From: Actinomycetota bacterium
GTDB lineage: Bacteria; Actinomycetota; Actinomycetes; Nanopelagicales; Nanopelagicaceae
Direction of reading: 5' to 3'
NCBI GenBank assembly: GCA_009698815.1
Contig: WLPJ01000006.1
Coordinates: forward strand, 55,081 to 119,080
Length of the DNA stretch: 64,000 bases
Numbering within the stretch: the first letter of the stretch is position 1; each line of letters opens with the position of its first letter. Made by a program: the position numbers and the translations under genes. The notes below the pieces were generated by a model. That model saw only the letters and a list, made by a program, of their open reading frames with translations. It did no database searches and was not told where the DNA came from. Of the stretch, positions 18,230 through 28,323 are shown one piece after another.

Positions 18230-19174
18230 GTGGGGAGTGGATGCTGTAGTCCAGCTGGGACCTTGACTGTGGAAAATCGCAGCGCAGGTATATCCCTACT
18301 CACAGCCCCAAAAACTGCAATACGAGATTACTCAAAAATGGTGCGGATTCCAGCGGGCCCATTTTTAATGGGAACTAACAATGCAATGGCTTATCCGGCA
18401 GATGCGGAAGGACCGCAAAGATCTGTCGAACTCGATGAATATTGGATCGATGAGACTGCAGTTACAAACTTAGATTTCTCAAAATTTGTTGAAGCAACCG
18501 ATTACAAGACCGAGGCAGAACTATTGGGCTGGTCATTTGTTCCCGCCAATTTAATTTCCGAACTCGATGAGCAACATTTAATTGGCAAGTCTTCAAATAC
18601 GCCATGGTGGGTTGGGGTAAATGGCGCAGATTGGCGCCACCCGCAAGGACCTAGTTCATCAATTACAAAAATTCTTGATCACCCCGTAGTCCACATCTCT
18701 TGGGATGATGCCAATGCATTTGCGCAATGGAACGGAAAGAGACTTCCAACGGAAGCCGAATGGGAAAAGGCTGCTCGGGGAGGTCGCGAAGGTTCTCTTT
18801 ATTCTTGGGGAGATGAACTAACACCTAATAATGAATTTCGCTGCAATATTTGGCAGGGAGAATTTCCTGATTTTAATTCTGGCGAAGATGGGTATCTCGC
18901 CACGGCTCCAGTTTATTCATTTGCCGCAAATGGATACGGGCTCTATAACGTCTGCGGAAATGTCTGGGAATGGTGCTCGGACTGGTGGAGTGATAATTCA
19001 CAACTATCAGGTGAGAGCAAAGTGATTAAGGGTGGCTCTTACTTATGCCATGACTCATATTGCAATCGATATCGCCTTTCTGCCCGAACATCTCAACCAA
19101 AAAATGGTTTCACTGCGCACATCGGATTTCGTTGCGTAGCGGATAAAAACACAGAATTGCTAGGTTCACTGTGA
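18230..19174 (+). CDS. Formylglycine-generating enzyme (sulfatase-modifying factor)
   Basis: HPVVHISWDDA, RLPTEAEWEKAARGG, GNVWEW, GGSYLCHDSYCNRYR with both catalytic Cys; sits beside Cys-type sulfatases. Confidence 0.9.
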   Translation: MGSGCCSPAGTLTVENRSAGISLLTAPKTAIRDYSKMVRIPAGPFLMGTNNAMAYPADAEGPQRSVELDEYWIDETAVTNLDFSKFVEATDYKTEAELLGWSFVPANLISELDEQHLIGKSSNTPWWVGVNGADWRHPQGPSSSITKILDHPVVHISWDDANAFAQWNGKRLPTEAEWEKAARGGREGSLYSWGDELTPNNEFRCNIWQGEFPDFNSGEDGYLATAPVYSFAANGYGLYNVCGNVWEWCSDWWSDNSQLSGESKVIKGGSYLCHDSYCNRYRLSARTSQPKNGFTAHIGFRCVADKNTELLGSL

Positions 19175-19208
19175 ACCCAGCAAAGAAGCAAATGAGAGAA
19201 GGTAAGCA

Positions 19209-20639
19209 ATGATAAAAGCAAGAAAATGGCGGAAGGTGGCCGTTGCCGGAACTGCGTTATTTGCAATTCTCGCTACATCGCTACCTATGTCAATTGCTCA
19301 GGCTGAAGTTAAGAAGTTGACGATTAACGTCAATCAGTCTCCATGGCTGAATGCGTATAAGAAGTTAGTTCTTGATTACACCAAGGAAACAGGCATCGAA
19401 GTCGATGTTCGCGTATTTCCATACGCAGAAATGCGTCCAACACTGGTCACAGATATTCAGGCCAGCAACCGAACCTATGATGTTTATCAATACGATGAAC
19501 TCTTCACCCACGAATTCCCAAATAACAAATGGGTTAAGCCATTTAAGTCAGTTGATCCTAACTTCAAGGTTGATCCAAATATTGGCTCATACGGAAACTT
19601 CATCTATTGGAATCCAACAAAGAGGTTTAGCGATCCAAAGGGCGATGTGATGAGCATGCCTTTGAACGGAAATACAAACGTATTTCTATATCGCAAAGAT
19701 ATCTACGAACAACTAAAACTCACAGTTCCAACAACTTGGGATGAAGTTTTGGCTAACGCTGCAAAAATTAAGGCAGCAAAAGTTGTGAAGTATCCATACA
19801 TCATTCGTACACAGGCAACAACCAGCGGTGCGAGTGTTACCTATGACTACATCCACATCCTTGCCTCATACGGTGGAAGATTCTTCAATAAGCAGGGCGA
19901 AGACTGGCTTCCAATTATTAACTCTACAGAAGGCAGAGCAGCAGCAACGACCTTACGTGCTCTGGCTAAATATGGTCCGCCAGCAACTAACACAATTGGT
20001 CAGAACCAGGTAATTGCTGCAATGCAAGCTGGAGATGCGGCACAAGGTCAGGTCGTATTCGCAGCTGCAAATGCGATGAATGATCCGGTTGCATCAAAAG
20101 TTGCCGGCAAGATCGGCTTTGCAGTTATGCCAAAGGGTTGCCCTACTTGTAATCCTGGTGTCGTCTCTGGAACATGGGCGATGGCTATTCCAACTGGACT
20201 CACATCAGAGCGTGAGAAGGCTGCTTTGAGTTACATCAACTGGGTACTCTCAAAGAAAGCCCAAACGAAATTCGCTGAATACGGCGGAATTCCAACTCGT
20301 ACAGATGTCATTGCAGATGCGAATTTGACTGCAACTCAACGTGACTACCTTGCGGTCTATCAAAAGGGAATGGAGTTTGTTTCAGAGAACATCCGTCAGA
20401 CCTTTGCTGCTCCTATGTTGACTGCAACAGAGACACGCCTAGCTGCAATTGCCGCTGGAACTGTTACGCCTCTTGCTGGAATCAACGCGCTAAACGCTGA
20501 TCTGGTAAAAGTTGTGAAGGCAACAACATTTGCGGTCAATGAAAAAACGACCATCACATGTGTTAAGGGCGATCGACAAATATCTGTGACCAGAATGGGC
20601 GCAGATATTAAATGTCCTCCTGGCTACACCAAGAAATAA
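19209..20639 (+). CDS. Carbohydrate ABC transporter substrate-binding protein (family 1) with C-terminal TITCVKG...KCPPGY tail
   Basis: Sec signal ending AQA with no lipobox; FLYRKDIY, VPTTWDEV, GTWAMAIP; followed by two CUT1 permeases. Confidence 0.88.
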   Translation: MIKARKWRKVAVAGTALFAILATSLPMSIAQAEVKKLTINVNQSPWLNAYKKLVLDYTKETGIEVDVRVFPYAEMRPTLVTDIQASNRTYDVYQYDELFTHEFPNNKWVKPFKSVDPNFKVDPNIGSYGNFIYWNPTKRFSDPKGDVMSMPLNGNTNVFLYRKDIYEQLKLTVPTTWDEVLANAAKIKAAKVVKYPYIIRTQATTSGASVTYDYIHILASYGGRFFNKQGEDWLPIINSTEGRAAATTLRALAKYGPPATNTIGQNQVIAAMQAGDAAQGQVVFAAANAMNDPVASKVAGKIGFAVMPKGCPTCNPGVVSGTWAMAIPTGLTSEREKAALSYINWVLSKKAQTKFAEYGGIPTRTDVIADANLTATQRDYLAVYQKGMEFVSENIRQTFAAPMLTATETRLAAIAAGTVTPLAGINALNADLVKVVKATTFAVNEKTTITCVKGDRQISVTRMGADIKCPPGYTKK

Positions 20640-20679
20640 ATAACAGGTAACTAATTACGAAATGAGAGGGAATTCAAGT

Positions 20680-21597
20680 ATGAAGAACGCCGCAGTTAGT
20701 GGTCGTACTAGAGGCTCGTTCTCCCTTTCAGGTAGAAGGGCGACATCAGTTGTCGCCCTTCTACCATTCGTAGTTTTCCTTGCCATATTTGCGGTTTATC
20801 CGCTCTATGAATTAGTTAGATTGTCATTTCAGGAAACTGAGGTTTTAGATGGTGAGTTCTTCTCTGCCTTCAACGGACTAGATAACTTTAAGAAAATTCC
20901 AAATGATCCCTTGGCCGTTAATTCGATCAAGGTCACCTTGCTCTTTTCAACTCTATGTGTGATTTTGACCCTTGTCGCAGGAACTGCCGGGGCGATGATG
21001 GTCAATAGCTCAAGAATTTTTAAGAGCGCGGCTCGAAATATATTTGTCTGGCCGGCCGTGGTTGCTCCAGTTGTGGTCAGCGTTATGTGGCTGCTAATTC
21101 TTGATCCAACAATGGGGCTAGTAAATAAAATTTTAGAATCTCTAGGTCGAGAGCCACAAATTTGGCTAAATAGTAAGGCTGGCGCATTCATCTCGGTGGT
21201 CGTAGTCGATGTTTGGCACTGGACCCCGGTTGTCTTTCTCTTCATTTATGCGGGCCTAAATGGAATAAATCAAGAGATTTTGGAAGCAGGAAGAGTTGAC
21301 GGGGCCAATGAAGGCCAATTGATTAGAAGAATTATTCTGCCGATTTTATTACCGACGATCGCAGTAATCGCAGTTCTTAGAACAATCATGAGTATCAAGG
21401 CCTTTGATGAAATGTACTTGTTGACCAAGGGTGGGCCAGAGGGCGCCACTTCTCTTATCAGCTTGCACATCCGCGAGATATTTGTTGATGTCCTTGATTT
21501 TGGCTATGCCAGTGCGCTCAGTCTCTGCATCGTTGCGATTTTGGGGCTGATTGTTGGAATTGCTTATTCACTGAGAAGAAAGAATAGGTCTCGCTAA
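20680..21597 (+). CDS. Carbohydrate ABC transporter permease (CUT1)
   Basis: VVDVWHWTP, EAGRVDGA EAA loop, FDEMYLLTKGGP. Confidence 0.9.
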   Translation: MKNAAVSGRTRGSFSLSGRRATSVVALLPFVVFLAIFAVYPLYELVRLSFQETEVLDGEFFSAFNGLDNFKKIPNDPLAVNSIKVTLLFSTLCVILTLVAGTAGAMMVNSSRIFKSAARNIFVWPAVVAPVVVSVMWLLILDPTMGLVNKILESLGREPQIWLNSKAGAFISVVVVDVWHWTPVVFLFIYAGLNGINQEILEAGRVDGANEGQLIRRIILPILLPTIAVIAVLRTIMSIKAFDEMYLLTKGGPEGATSLISLHIREIFVDVLDFGYASALSLCIVAILGLIVGIAYSLRRKNRSR

Positions 21598-22442
21598 TGA
21601 CTATGGAAAAGAGAGTTCAAAAATCTAAAGTTAATGTCACTTTAGAGTTAGCTATTTTTGTGACGATCGTTATAACTCTAATTCCAATCATTTGGATTGC
21701 AATTCTTGCTTTTCTACCCAATAAGTCAATTATCGGTACTAGTTTTGATTTCTCATTTTGGTTAGGCAATTTCCGAACCTTAGCTGACCCGGGACAGAAC
21801 TTTCTGAGACAGATTTTTAACAGCCTAACGATAACTTTTGGCACAGTGATTCTGACTTTGGTTATTGGATCCGGATCCGGATACTCGCTTTCAAAGCTAA
21901 AGCCACCGAAGTGGGCTACTACTCCAGTATTTATCCTCGCTTCCTTTCTTCCTATCGTTCCTCCAATTACTCTTGTTCCCGGTATCTATGTAACCCTGAC
22001 AAACTTGAACTTGTTAGGTTCTGTTACAGGACTTGTTCTAGTAAATACCGTCTTTAATCTGCCCTTTGCGATTTTGATGATTAAGTCTTACTTTGATCAA
22101 ATTCCTGACGAGCTGCGCGAGGCCGCGATAGTAGACGGTGCCTCTGAGAGACGAGTCTTTTTCTCAGTACTTCTTCCACTTGCAAAACCTGGTTTAGGCG
22201 CCGTAGCAATCTATGTTGCGATCATGGCCTGGAATGAGTTCTTAATGGGCTTGATTATGACAACTGGCGGCGGAGCGGCTCCGCTGACTGTAGGAATTGC
22301 CTCGCTAGTACAAGATTATGAAATTACCTTTGGTCAGATGTCTGCTTCTGGTTTTGTGGCGGCGATTCCAATTATTATCTTGACCGCCGTTGCAAGTCGT
22401 CAGATTGTTTCTGGACTCACCGCTGGCGCCGTGAAGTCATGA
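21597..22442 (+). CDS. Carbohydrate ABC transporter permease (CUT1)
   Basis: IPDELREAAIVDGA, WNEFLMGL. Confidence 0.9.
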   Translation: MTMEKRVQKSKVNVTLELAIFVTIVITLIPIIWIAILAFLPNKSIIGTSFDFSFWLGNFRTLADPGQNFLRQIFNSLTITFGTVILTLVIGSGSGYSLSKLKPPKWATTPVFILASFLPIVPPITLVPGIYVTLTNLNLLGSVTGLVLVNTVFNLPFAILMIKSYFDQIPDELREAAIVDGASERRVFFSVLLPLAKPGLGAVAIYVAIMAWNEFLMGLIMTTGGGAAPLTVGIASLVQDYEITFGQMSASGFVAAIPIIILTAVASRQIVSGLTAGAVKS

Positions 22443-24049
22443 CAAATGTAGTTATATTCCTTGCCGATGATCTGGGTTACTCAGATTTGGGATGCTATGG
22501 CGGTGAGATAAAGACTCCAAATATCGATGCACTGGCTGCAAACGGTGTTCGGATGAGCAACTTTCACAATACGCCACGTTGTAGCCCAAGCCGGGCATCA
22601 CTTCTTACCGGTTTACATCCCCACCAAGCAGGTATGGGAATTCTTGCTAAGGATGATTCAGCCGATGGTGGTTACACCGGCAAGTTAAATGATCGCTGCA
22701 TCACTCTTGCCGAAGTTCTAAAGCAAGAAGGATTTACTACTGCAATCCGCGGCAAGTGGCATTTAACTCCGAGCAATCACATCCCTGATGATGCCTGGCC
22801 AACTGCTCGCGGCTTCGACACGTTCTGGGGAACCATGACTGGATGCGGAAGCTTCTATCAACCAGGAACGCTAACGCGTGGCACAGAAAATATTGATCAC
22901 GAAGCAGAGCGCAAAGATTTCTTCTATACCGATGTGATTGCAGATGAATCTGTTGCATTTTTAAAAAATCATAAATCAGAAAGCGCCGAGAAGCCATATT
23001 TTCTCTATGTTCCATTTACGGCGCCACATTGGCCGCTGCATGCTCGAGAAAAAACCATCAAAGAGTATGACGGCGTCTACGACGTGGGCTGGGATGAGTT
23101 GCGCAAAAGTCGGCTAAAGCGCCAACAAGATTTAGGGCTTCTGCCTTCATACCTAGAGTTAAGCCCACGAGATGAAGGCGTTCCTAGCTGGGAAGATGCG
23201 GCGAACCACCAATGGCAAGCTCGTCGCATGCAAGTTTATGCAGCGATGGTCACCGAGATGGATCAAGCAATCGGTCGAGTACTTGATCAGATTAAAGCAA
23301 ATGGTGATTGGGAAGACACTGTTGTTCTGTTCTTGGCAGATAACGGGGCATCAGCTGATCCAATGCCTTTTGGCGAGCTTTCAGATTTTAGAGAGCGCAG
23401 TGACATCGTGCGCAAGAAAACTAAAGATGGCCGAGACGTTCGAATCGGAAATGATCCACTTCTTATGCCGGGTGGAGAAGAGACCTATCAAAGTTATGGT
23501 CGCGGCTGGGCCAACTTATCCAATACCCCATTTAAATTATTCAAATTATGGGCACATGAAGGCGGAGTTGCTTCCCCATTTGTGGCGCACTGGCCAAAGG
23601 GAAAACTTCGCACTGGAGAGATTTTTGAGCAGCCCTTCCAATTAACTGATGTGATGCCAACGCTATTAGAACTACTTGGTGCTAAATATCCAAGTGAGCG
23701 TGCCGGCGTGAAGCTGCCCCCACTTGTCGGACAGAGCATGTTCGGTGCGTGGAAAGGAGCAGATGTTTCCAATCCAACTTTATGGTGGGAGCACTGCGGC
23801 AATGCCGCTCTGCGAAGTGGCAAGTGGAAACTAGTTCGTCAATATGACTTCCCTTGGGAACTCTATGACATTGATACAGATAGAAGTGAGATAACAGATC
23901 TAAGCGCCAAACACCCTGAAGTTGTTAAAGAACTCACTGCTAAATGGGAAGAAATCGCTAAGACGAACGGAGTAATTCCTTTCCGGCAGATTATGAATAT
24001 TTATGAAAATAAGAACATGGTAATGAATGCCTATCTGGCTATTCAGTAG
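22439..24049 (+). CDS. Cys-type arylsulfatase-family sulfatase, no signal peptide
   Basis: LADDLGYSDLG, CSPSRASLLTG (CxPxR), GKWHL, FTAPHWPLHA, ADNGA, HEGG. Confidence 0.93.
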   Translation: MTNVVIFLADDLGYSDLGCYGGEIKTPNIDALAANGVRMSNFHNTPRCSPSRASLLTGLHPHQAGMGILAKDDSADGGYTGKLNDRCITLAEVLKQEGFTTAIRGKWHLTPSNHIPDDAWPTARGFDTFWGTMTGCGSFYQPGTLTRGTENIDHEAERKDFFYTDVIADESVAFLKNHKSESAEKPYFLYVPFTAPHWPLHAREKTIKEYDGVYDVGWDELRKSRLKRQQDLGLLPSYLELSPRDEGVPSWEDAANHQWQARRMQVYAAMVTEMDQAIGRVLDQIKANGDWEDTVVLFLADNGASADPMPFGELSDFRERSDIVRKKTKDGRDVRIGNDPLLMPGGEETYQSYGRGWANLSNTPFKLFKLWAHEGGVASPFVAHWPKGKLRTGEIFEQPFQLTDVMPTLLELLGAKYPSERAGVKLPPLVGQSMFGAWKGADVSNPTLWWEHCGNAALRSGKWKLVRQYDFPWELYDIDTDRSEITDLSAKHPEVVKELTAKWEEIAKTNGVIPFRQIMNIYENKNMVMNAYLAIQ

Positions 24050-24070
24050 TTAAAAACAATCGAGAGGGAG

Positions 24071-25693
24071 ATGAATATGCAAAGCAAGGCGACCAATGTA
24101 ATTATTTTCTTAGCTGACGACCTTGGCTTTTCTGACATTGGTGGATACGGCGGGGAGATACGCACCCCTAACCTAGATCGCCTGGCTGGCAGTGGCGTAA
24201 AACTCTCAAATTTTCATAACACCCCACGATGCAGCCCAAGCCGCGCCTCATTACTTACTGGCATTCATCCGCACCAAACCGGAATTGGTATTTTGACTGG
24301 TAGCAATGCCGCAGAAGGTGGATATGCAGGCAACTTAAATACTCGCTGTGCAACTATTGCCGAAGTTTTGAAATCAAATGGTTACATCACCGCAATCACA
24401 GGTAAATGGCACCTCACCAATAGTCCAAATGTGCCAAACGGTGCTTGGCCAACTGATCGAGGCTTTGATAATTTCTTTGGCACGCTAGATGGCTGCGCAA
24501 CATATTTCCGCCCGGGCACACTTACTCGCGGCTTAGAAAATGTTGAATTAGAGGCAGATAAGAACCCTGACTTTTTCTACACAGATGCAATCGCAACTGA
24601 GGCCGCCAAGTTCATTAAAGAGCGACCAAGTGATAAGCCATATTTCCTCTACGTTCCTTTCACCGCTCCGCACTGGCCACTTCACGCAAGAGAAGAGACG
24701 ATCAAGTCATATGCGGGCACCTATGACGCAGGTTGGGATGCCATCAGAGCAAAACGACTAGAGCGACAGAAAGCAATGGGCATCATCCCTAAAGAGACAG
24801 AGTTAAGTCCACGCGATGCGCGAGTTCTGGCTTGGGAAGAAGAGCCAGAGAAGAAGTGGCAAGCACGGCGCATGGAAGTTTATGCAGCGATGGTCACAGA
24901 GATGGACACAGCGATAGGCAAGATTCTTGATCAAGTGGAAAAGAATAACGAATGGGATAACACCATCATTATCTTCCTATCAGATAATGGGGCGTGTGCC
25001 GAGGCCTTGCCACTTGATGATATTTCAGAATTTCGTCGCGCTAAGAACTTAATAAGCACACGCACTCGCGATGGCCGCAAAGTTGTTCTTGGAAATGATC
25101 CAGATGTTATGCCTGGGGGAGAAGACACCTATGCAAGTTACGGTGTTGGCTGGGCAAATGTTTCCAACACACCATTTCGACTTTATAAGCGTTACACACA
25201 TGAAGGCGGCGTTATGTCACCTTTCATCATTCACTGGCCAGAAGGCAAGCTAAACTGTGGCAAAGTAAATACCAGCACTTTCCAGTTAGTAAACGTTGCT
25301 CCAACTCTCTATGACGCACTTGGCGTCACATACCCAGCAAGCCTTAATGGAAATGCGCTAGAACCTCTTGTGGGGGGCAGCATGTTGCCCGCTCTTCAAA
25401 GTTCAGATACCCAGAGTTCACAATTGTGGTGGGAGCACATTGGTAATGGCGCAATTATCAAAGGCAAGTGGAAGTTAGTTCGCCAGTATGACTGGGAATG
25501 GGAACTCTATGATTTAACAACCGATAGAAATGAATTGAAGGATCTTTCGGGTGCCAATCCCCAAATTGTTGCTGAGCTATCTGTTGAGTGGCAGAAGTTA
25601 GCCGATCAGTATGGAGTAATTCCATTTAGAAAGACGCTCGAGATTTATCACAAGCAAGGAATACGCGCCTCCGACTCGAATCACCACATTTAA
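24071..25693 (+). CDS. Cys-type arylsulfatase-family sulfatase, tandem paralog
   Basis: LADDLGFSDIG, CSPSRASLLTG, GKWHL, FTAPHWPLHA, SDNGA, HEGG; colinear with the upstream gene. Confidence 0.93.
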   Translation: MNMQSKATNVIIFLADDLGFSDIGGYGGEIRTPNLDRLAGSGVKLSNFHNTPRCSPSRASLLTGIHPHQTGIGILTGSNAAEGGYAGNLNTRCATIAEVLKSNGYITAITGKWHLTNSPNVPNGAWPTDRGFDNFFGTLDGCATYFRPGTLTRGLENVELEADKNPDFFYTDAIATEAAKFIKERPSDKPYFLYVPFTAPHWPLHAREETIKSYAGTYDAGWDAIRAKRLERQKAMGIIPKETELSPRDARVLAWEEEPEKKWQARRMEVYAAMVTEMDTAIGKILDQVEKNNEWDNTIIIFLSDNGACAEALPLDDISEFRRAKNLISTRTRDGRKVVLGNDPDVMPGGEDTYASYGVGWANVSNTPFRLYKRYTHEGGVMSPFIIHWPEGKLNCGKVNTSTFQLVNVAPTLYDALGVTYPASLNGNALEPLVGGSMLPALQSSDTQSSQLWWEHIGNGAIIKGKWKLVRQYDWEWELYDLTTDRNELKDLSGANPQIVAELSVEWQKLADQYGVIPFRKTLEIYHKQGIRASDSNHHI

Positions 25694-25708
25694 TAGGCAC
25701 TAAAGACA

Positions 25709-26497
25709 ATGCTTGTTTTATCACTTAGCGTATTAATTGGATTAATCATGGGCCTGCTTGGCGCCGGCGGCTCCATCATGACGACTCCGCTGTTTCTCTA
25801 TGTGGAACATATGCCGGCGGTGGAAGCGATAGCTTCCAGCCTTATTGTCGTTGCAGTAGCTACTGCATTCGGTCTTATTGGCCACGCAAAGCGTGGTCAC
25901 ATCCAATGGCGCACTGGATTTATCTTTGGAATCTCAGGAATGCTCAGCGCCTTTGTGGGCGGGCAAGTTGGATCTCATCTACCGAGTGAGATCCTGCTCT
26001 TCACATTTTCATTGATCATGGCAGTAACTGGAATTGCAATGATTCGCCGCCGAAACGATTTGGAAACAGAGACTACACATAGGCCCATTACCCACCGCCT
26101 AATTTTAAATGGCGCACTCGTTGGCTTCATTACTGGCACCGTGGGTGTTGGCGGCGGATTTATGGTTGTCCCTGCCCTAGTTCTCTTTGGCGGCCTAGCC
26201 ATAAAAGATGCCATCGCAACCTCATTTGTCATAGGAATTACCAATTGCCTCGGAGCTTTTTCGGGGTATGTCCTCAGATTTGATAGTGAGTCATTGGTAT
26301 CACTTAATACTGATATCGCTTTTGATTTCAAGATAATTCTGCCCGCACTTATTGGAACATCCTTGGGCGCACTGGTGGGCTCTATATTCTCCCATCGAGT
26401 TAAAGCCCAGAAATTAAAAAGCGCCTTTGGCTGGTTTGTCATATTACTCGCGGTCTTTATCTTCGTTGAAAATATCCTTGGCGTAATGAAGAACTAG
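25709..26497 (+). CDS. TauE/SafE (TSUP) family membrane exporter
   Basis: GLLGAGGSIMTTP and GTVGVGGGFMVVPAL internal repeat motifs; highly hydrophobic. Confidence 0.88.
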   Translation: MLVLSLSVLIGLIMGLLGAGGSIMTTPLFLYVEHMPAVEAIASSLIVVAVATAFGLIGHAKRGHIQWRTGFIFGISGMLSAFVGGQVGSHLPSEILLFTFSLIMAVTGIAMIRRRNDLETETTHRPITHRLILNGALVGFITGTVGVGGGFMVVPALVLFGGLAIKDAIATSFVIGITNCLGAFSGYVLRFDSESLVSLNTDIAFDFKIILPALIGTSLGALVGSIFSHRVKAQKLKSAFGWFVILLAVFIFVENILGVMKN

Positions 26498-26529
26498 TTC
26501 TTCCGCCCCAAATTACTTGTCCTAGTCCA

Positions 26530-26554
26530 CGCTATAGCTCTATTAGCTATAGCG
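26530..26554. terminator. Hairpin between convergent genes
   Basis: CGCTATAGCT-N5-AGCTATAGCG, a perfect 10-bp stem. Confidence 0.5.
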
Positions 26555-27406
26555 AGCCTTCATGTATTTCAGGGCATGGGCCGACAAGTCATCTGAATCT
26601 TCCCAAAGGTTGCGCCAGATACAGAGCGCGTTAGAAAGTTCAGGATCGACAACTACTGAAGAAAATGACTCAAAGGTAATTGGACCTTTGTAATTTATCT
26701 TCTTTAGCGCGCCAAAGAATGTATCAAAATCAACATTTCCCGCGCCAAGATAACCTCGGTGGCTTTCACCGATATGGACATAACCAAGTGCATCCCCGGC
26801 TTCTAACACCGCTGCTGACATTCCATCTTCTTCGATATTCATATGATAGGTATCAAGGTGTAGATAGGCATTTGGGCGATTGACGGACTCAAGAAACTTA
26901 AGCCCTTCCTTTGCCGTATTCATAATATTTGTTTCATATCGGTTTACAACTTCAAGGCTTATGTTAATTCCTTTATCAGCGGCGTAATCAGCAAGTCTTT
27001 GCATGGCAGCAATTGAGTTAGCCCGATTTTCAGGTGAGGCAGGGCCCGGATATTTGCCCAAATTGCTGTAGATAACACCACAAAGTTCAGCAGATCCCAG
27101 GGCGTGAAGTTTATCTACAGCTTTTCTAAGTAGTTCATCCCCTTTTTTCACAATTGACGGATCTGTACTTGTTACATCAGTTGCAGGAGAAAGACCAAGA
27201 GATGCGGTAGCAAATAATCCATGTTCGGCTAGAACATCTTTTGTCATAGCCACATCAATAGAGTCTGGATCAATCATCAACATTTCGATGTAGTCATAGC
27301 CAGCACGCTGAGCACTTGCTGCAGCGCTGCGAGCACTTGCTTCAGTCCAATCCCCAGCCCAAACGAGCGCGTGACCACCAAAAGATAATGATTTGTTGTT
27401 AGGCAT
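26543..27406 (-). CDS. Ketose 3-epimerase (D-allulose/D-tagatose/L-ribulose 3-epimerase family)
   Basis: LEVVNRYE, HLDTYHMNIEE, HIGESHRGYLG, FESF, LCIWRNLW metal and catalytic motifs. Confidence 0.9.
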   Translation of the reverse strand: MPNNKSLSFGGHALVWAGDWTEASARSAAASAQRAGYDYIEMLMIDPDSIDVAMTKDVLAEHGLFATASLGLSPATDVTSTDPSIVKKGDELLRKAVDKLHALGSAELCGVIYSNLGKYPGPASPENRANSIAAMQRLADYAADKGINISLEVVNRYETNIMNTAKEGLKFLESVNRPNAYLHLDTYHMNIEEDGMSAAVLEAGDALGYVHIGESHRGYLGAGNVDFDTFFGALKKINYKGPITFESFSSVVVDPELSNALCIWRNLWEDSDDLSAHALKYMKARYS

Positions 27407-27441
27407 CTTCTACTCCTTAGGTTGTAAGACTGTTTAAAACT

Positions 27442-28323
27442 TTAAGCGTGGCTATCTAGCCAATCACCAATGATTCGCTTAAAGCGCGCTGGCTCTTCGA
27501 GATGCGGTGTGTGAGATGACTCGGGAAAGAGTTCCCAAGTTGATCCTGGAATCAATGAATGAATCTCGCTAACCATCGCTGGAGTCGCCTCATCAAATTG
27601 TCCCGAAACTAGAAGTGTCGGCACATTGATCTTTGCTAGATCAGCTCGGATGTCCCATGTCTTTAGAGAGCCGATAACATGGAATTCACTTGGGCCATTC
27701 ATCGTGTGATAAACAGTTGGTTCAGCTGCTAATTGAGCAAAACTGTCAATCATGCATTGTGGTTGTGGGATGCGACAGAGATGGCGATCATAGAAAACAG
27801 TTACGGCTGCTTCATATGCTGGATTATCAGTTGTGCCATCTGCTTCATGTTTAAGTAGCGTTGCCTGAACTTCTGGCGGAAGTAGATCTCGCAACTTATT
27901 TGCTTCAGAGACCCAGACGTCCATGCTTGCGGGGGAGTCTGCAACGATTAGAGATGTAAGACCAGCCGGACGTGTGATTGCAAATTGCATTCCCAACATA
28001 CCGCCCCAAGATTGACCGATGATTGCATAGTTATCTGCGATGCCCAGATGTTCGGTTAAGAGAACGAGCTCTTGCATAAATAACTCTGGCGTCCAGAATT
28101 CCTTTGGCGCCTCTGGCAAGTGCGTTGAATTACCGCAACCGATTTGATCGTAGAGAATGCAGGCGCGTCCAGTTTGTGCGATTAACTCAGCGATTGGGAT
28201 GCAGTAGTTATGGCCGGCGCCAGGTCCACCGTGTAAAACCAGCAATGGTGTCTTACCGTTCTTGAGATCGCCAACTACACGATACCAAGTGTTGCCATGC
28301 TCCCATTTCATCATTTCACTCAT
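27442..28323 (-). CDS. Proline iminopeptidase-family / L-amino acid amidase (alpha/beta hydrolase)
   Basis: LHGGPG, YDQIGCGNS, GQSWGG, MNGPSEF, SSHTPHLEEP. Confidence 0.88.
   Translation of the reverse strand: MSEMMKWEHGNTWYRVVGDLKNGKTPLLVLHGGPGAGHNYCIPIAELIAQTGRACILYDQIGCGNSTHLPEAPKEFWTPELFMQELVLLTEHLGIADNYAIIGQSWGGMLGMQFAITRPAGLTSLIVADSPASMDVWVSEANKLRDLLPPEVQATLLKHEADGTTDNPAYEAAVTVFYDRHLCRIPQPQCMIDSFAQLAAEPTVYHTMNGPSEFHVIGSLKTWDIRADLAKINVPTLLVSGQFDEATPAMVSEIHSLIPGSTWELFPESSHTPHLEEPARFKRIIGDWLDSHA

Noticed and set aside
19209-22442. Sugar ABC cluster without an ATPase
   Set aside because: Normal in Actinobacteria, where a shared MsiK-type ATPase serves CUT1 systems.
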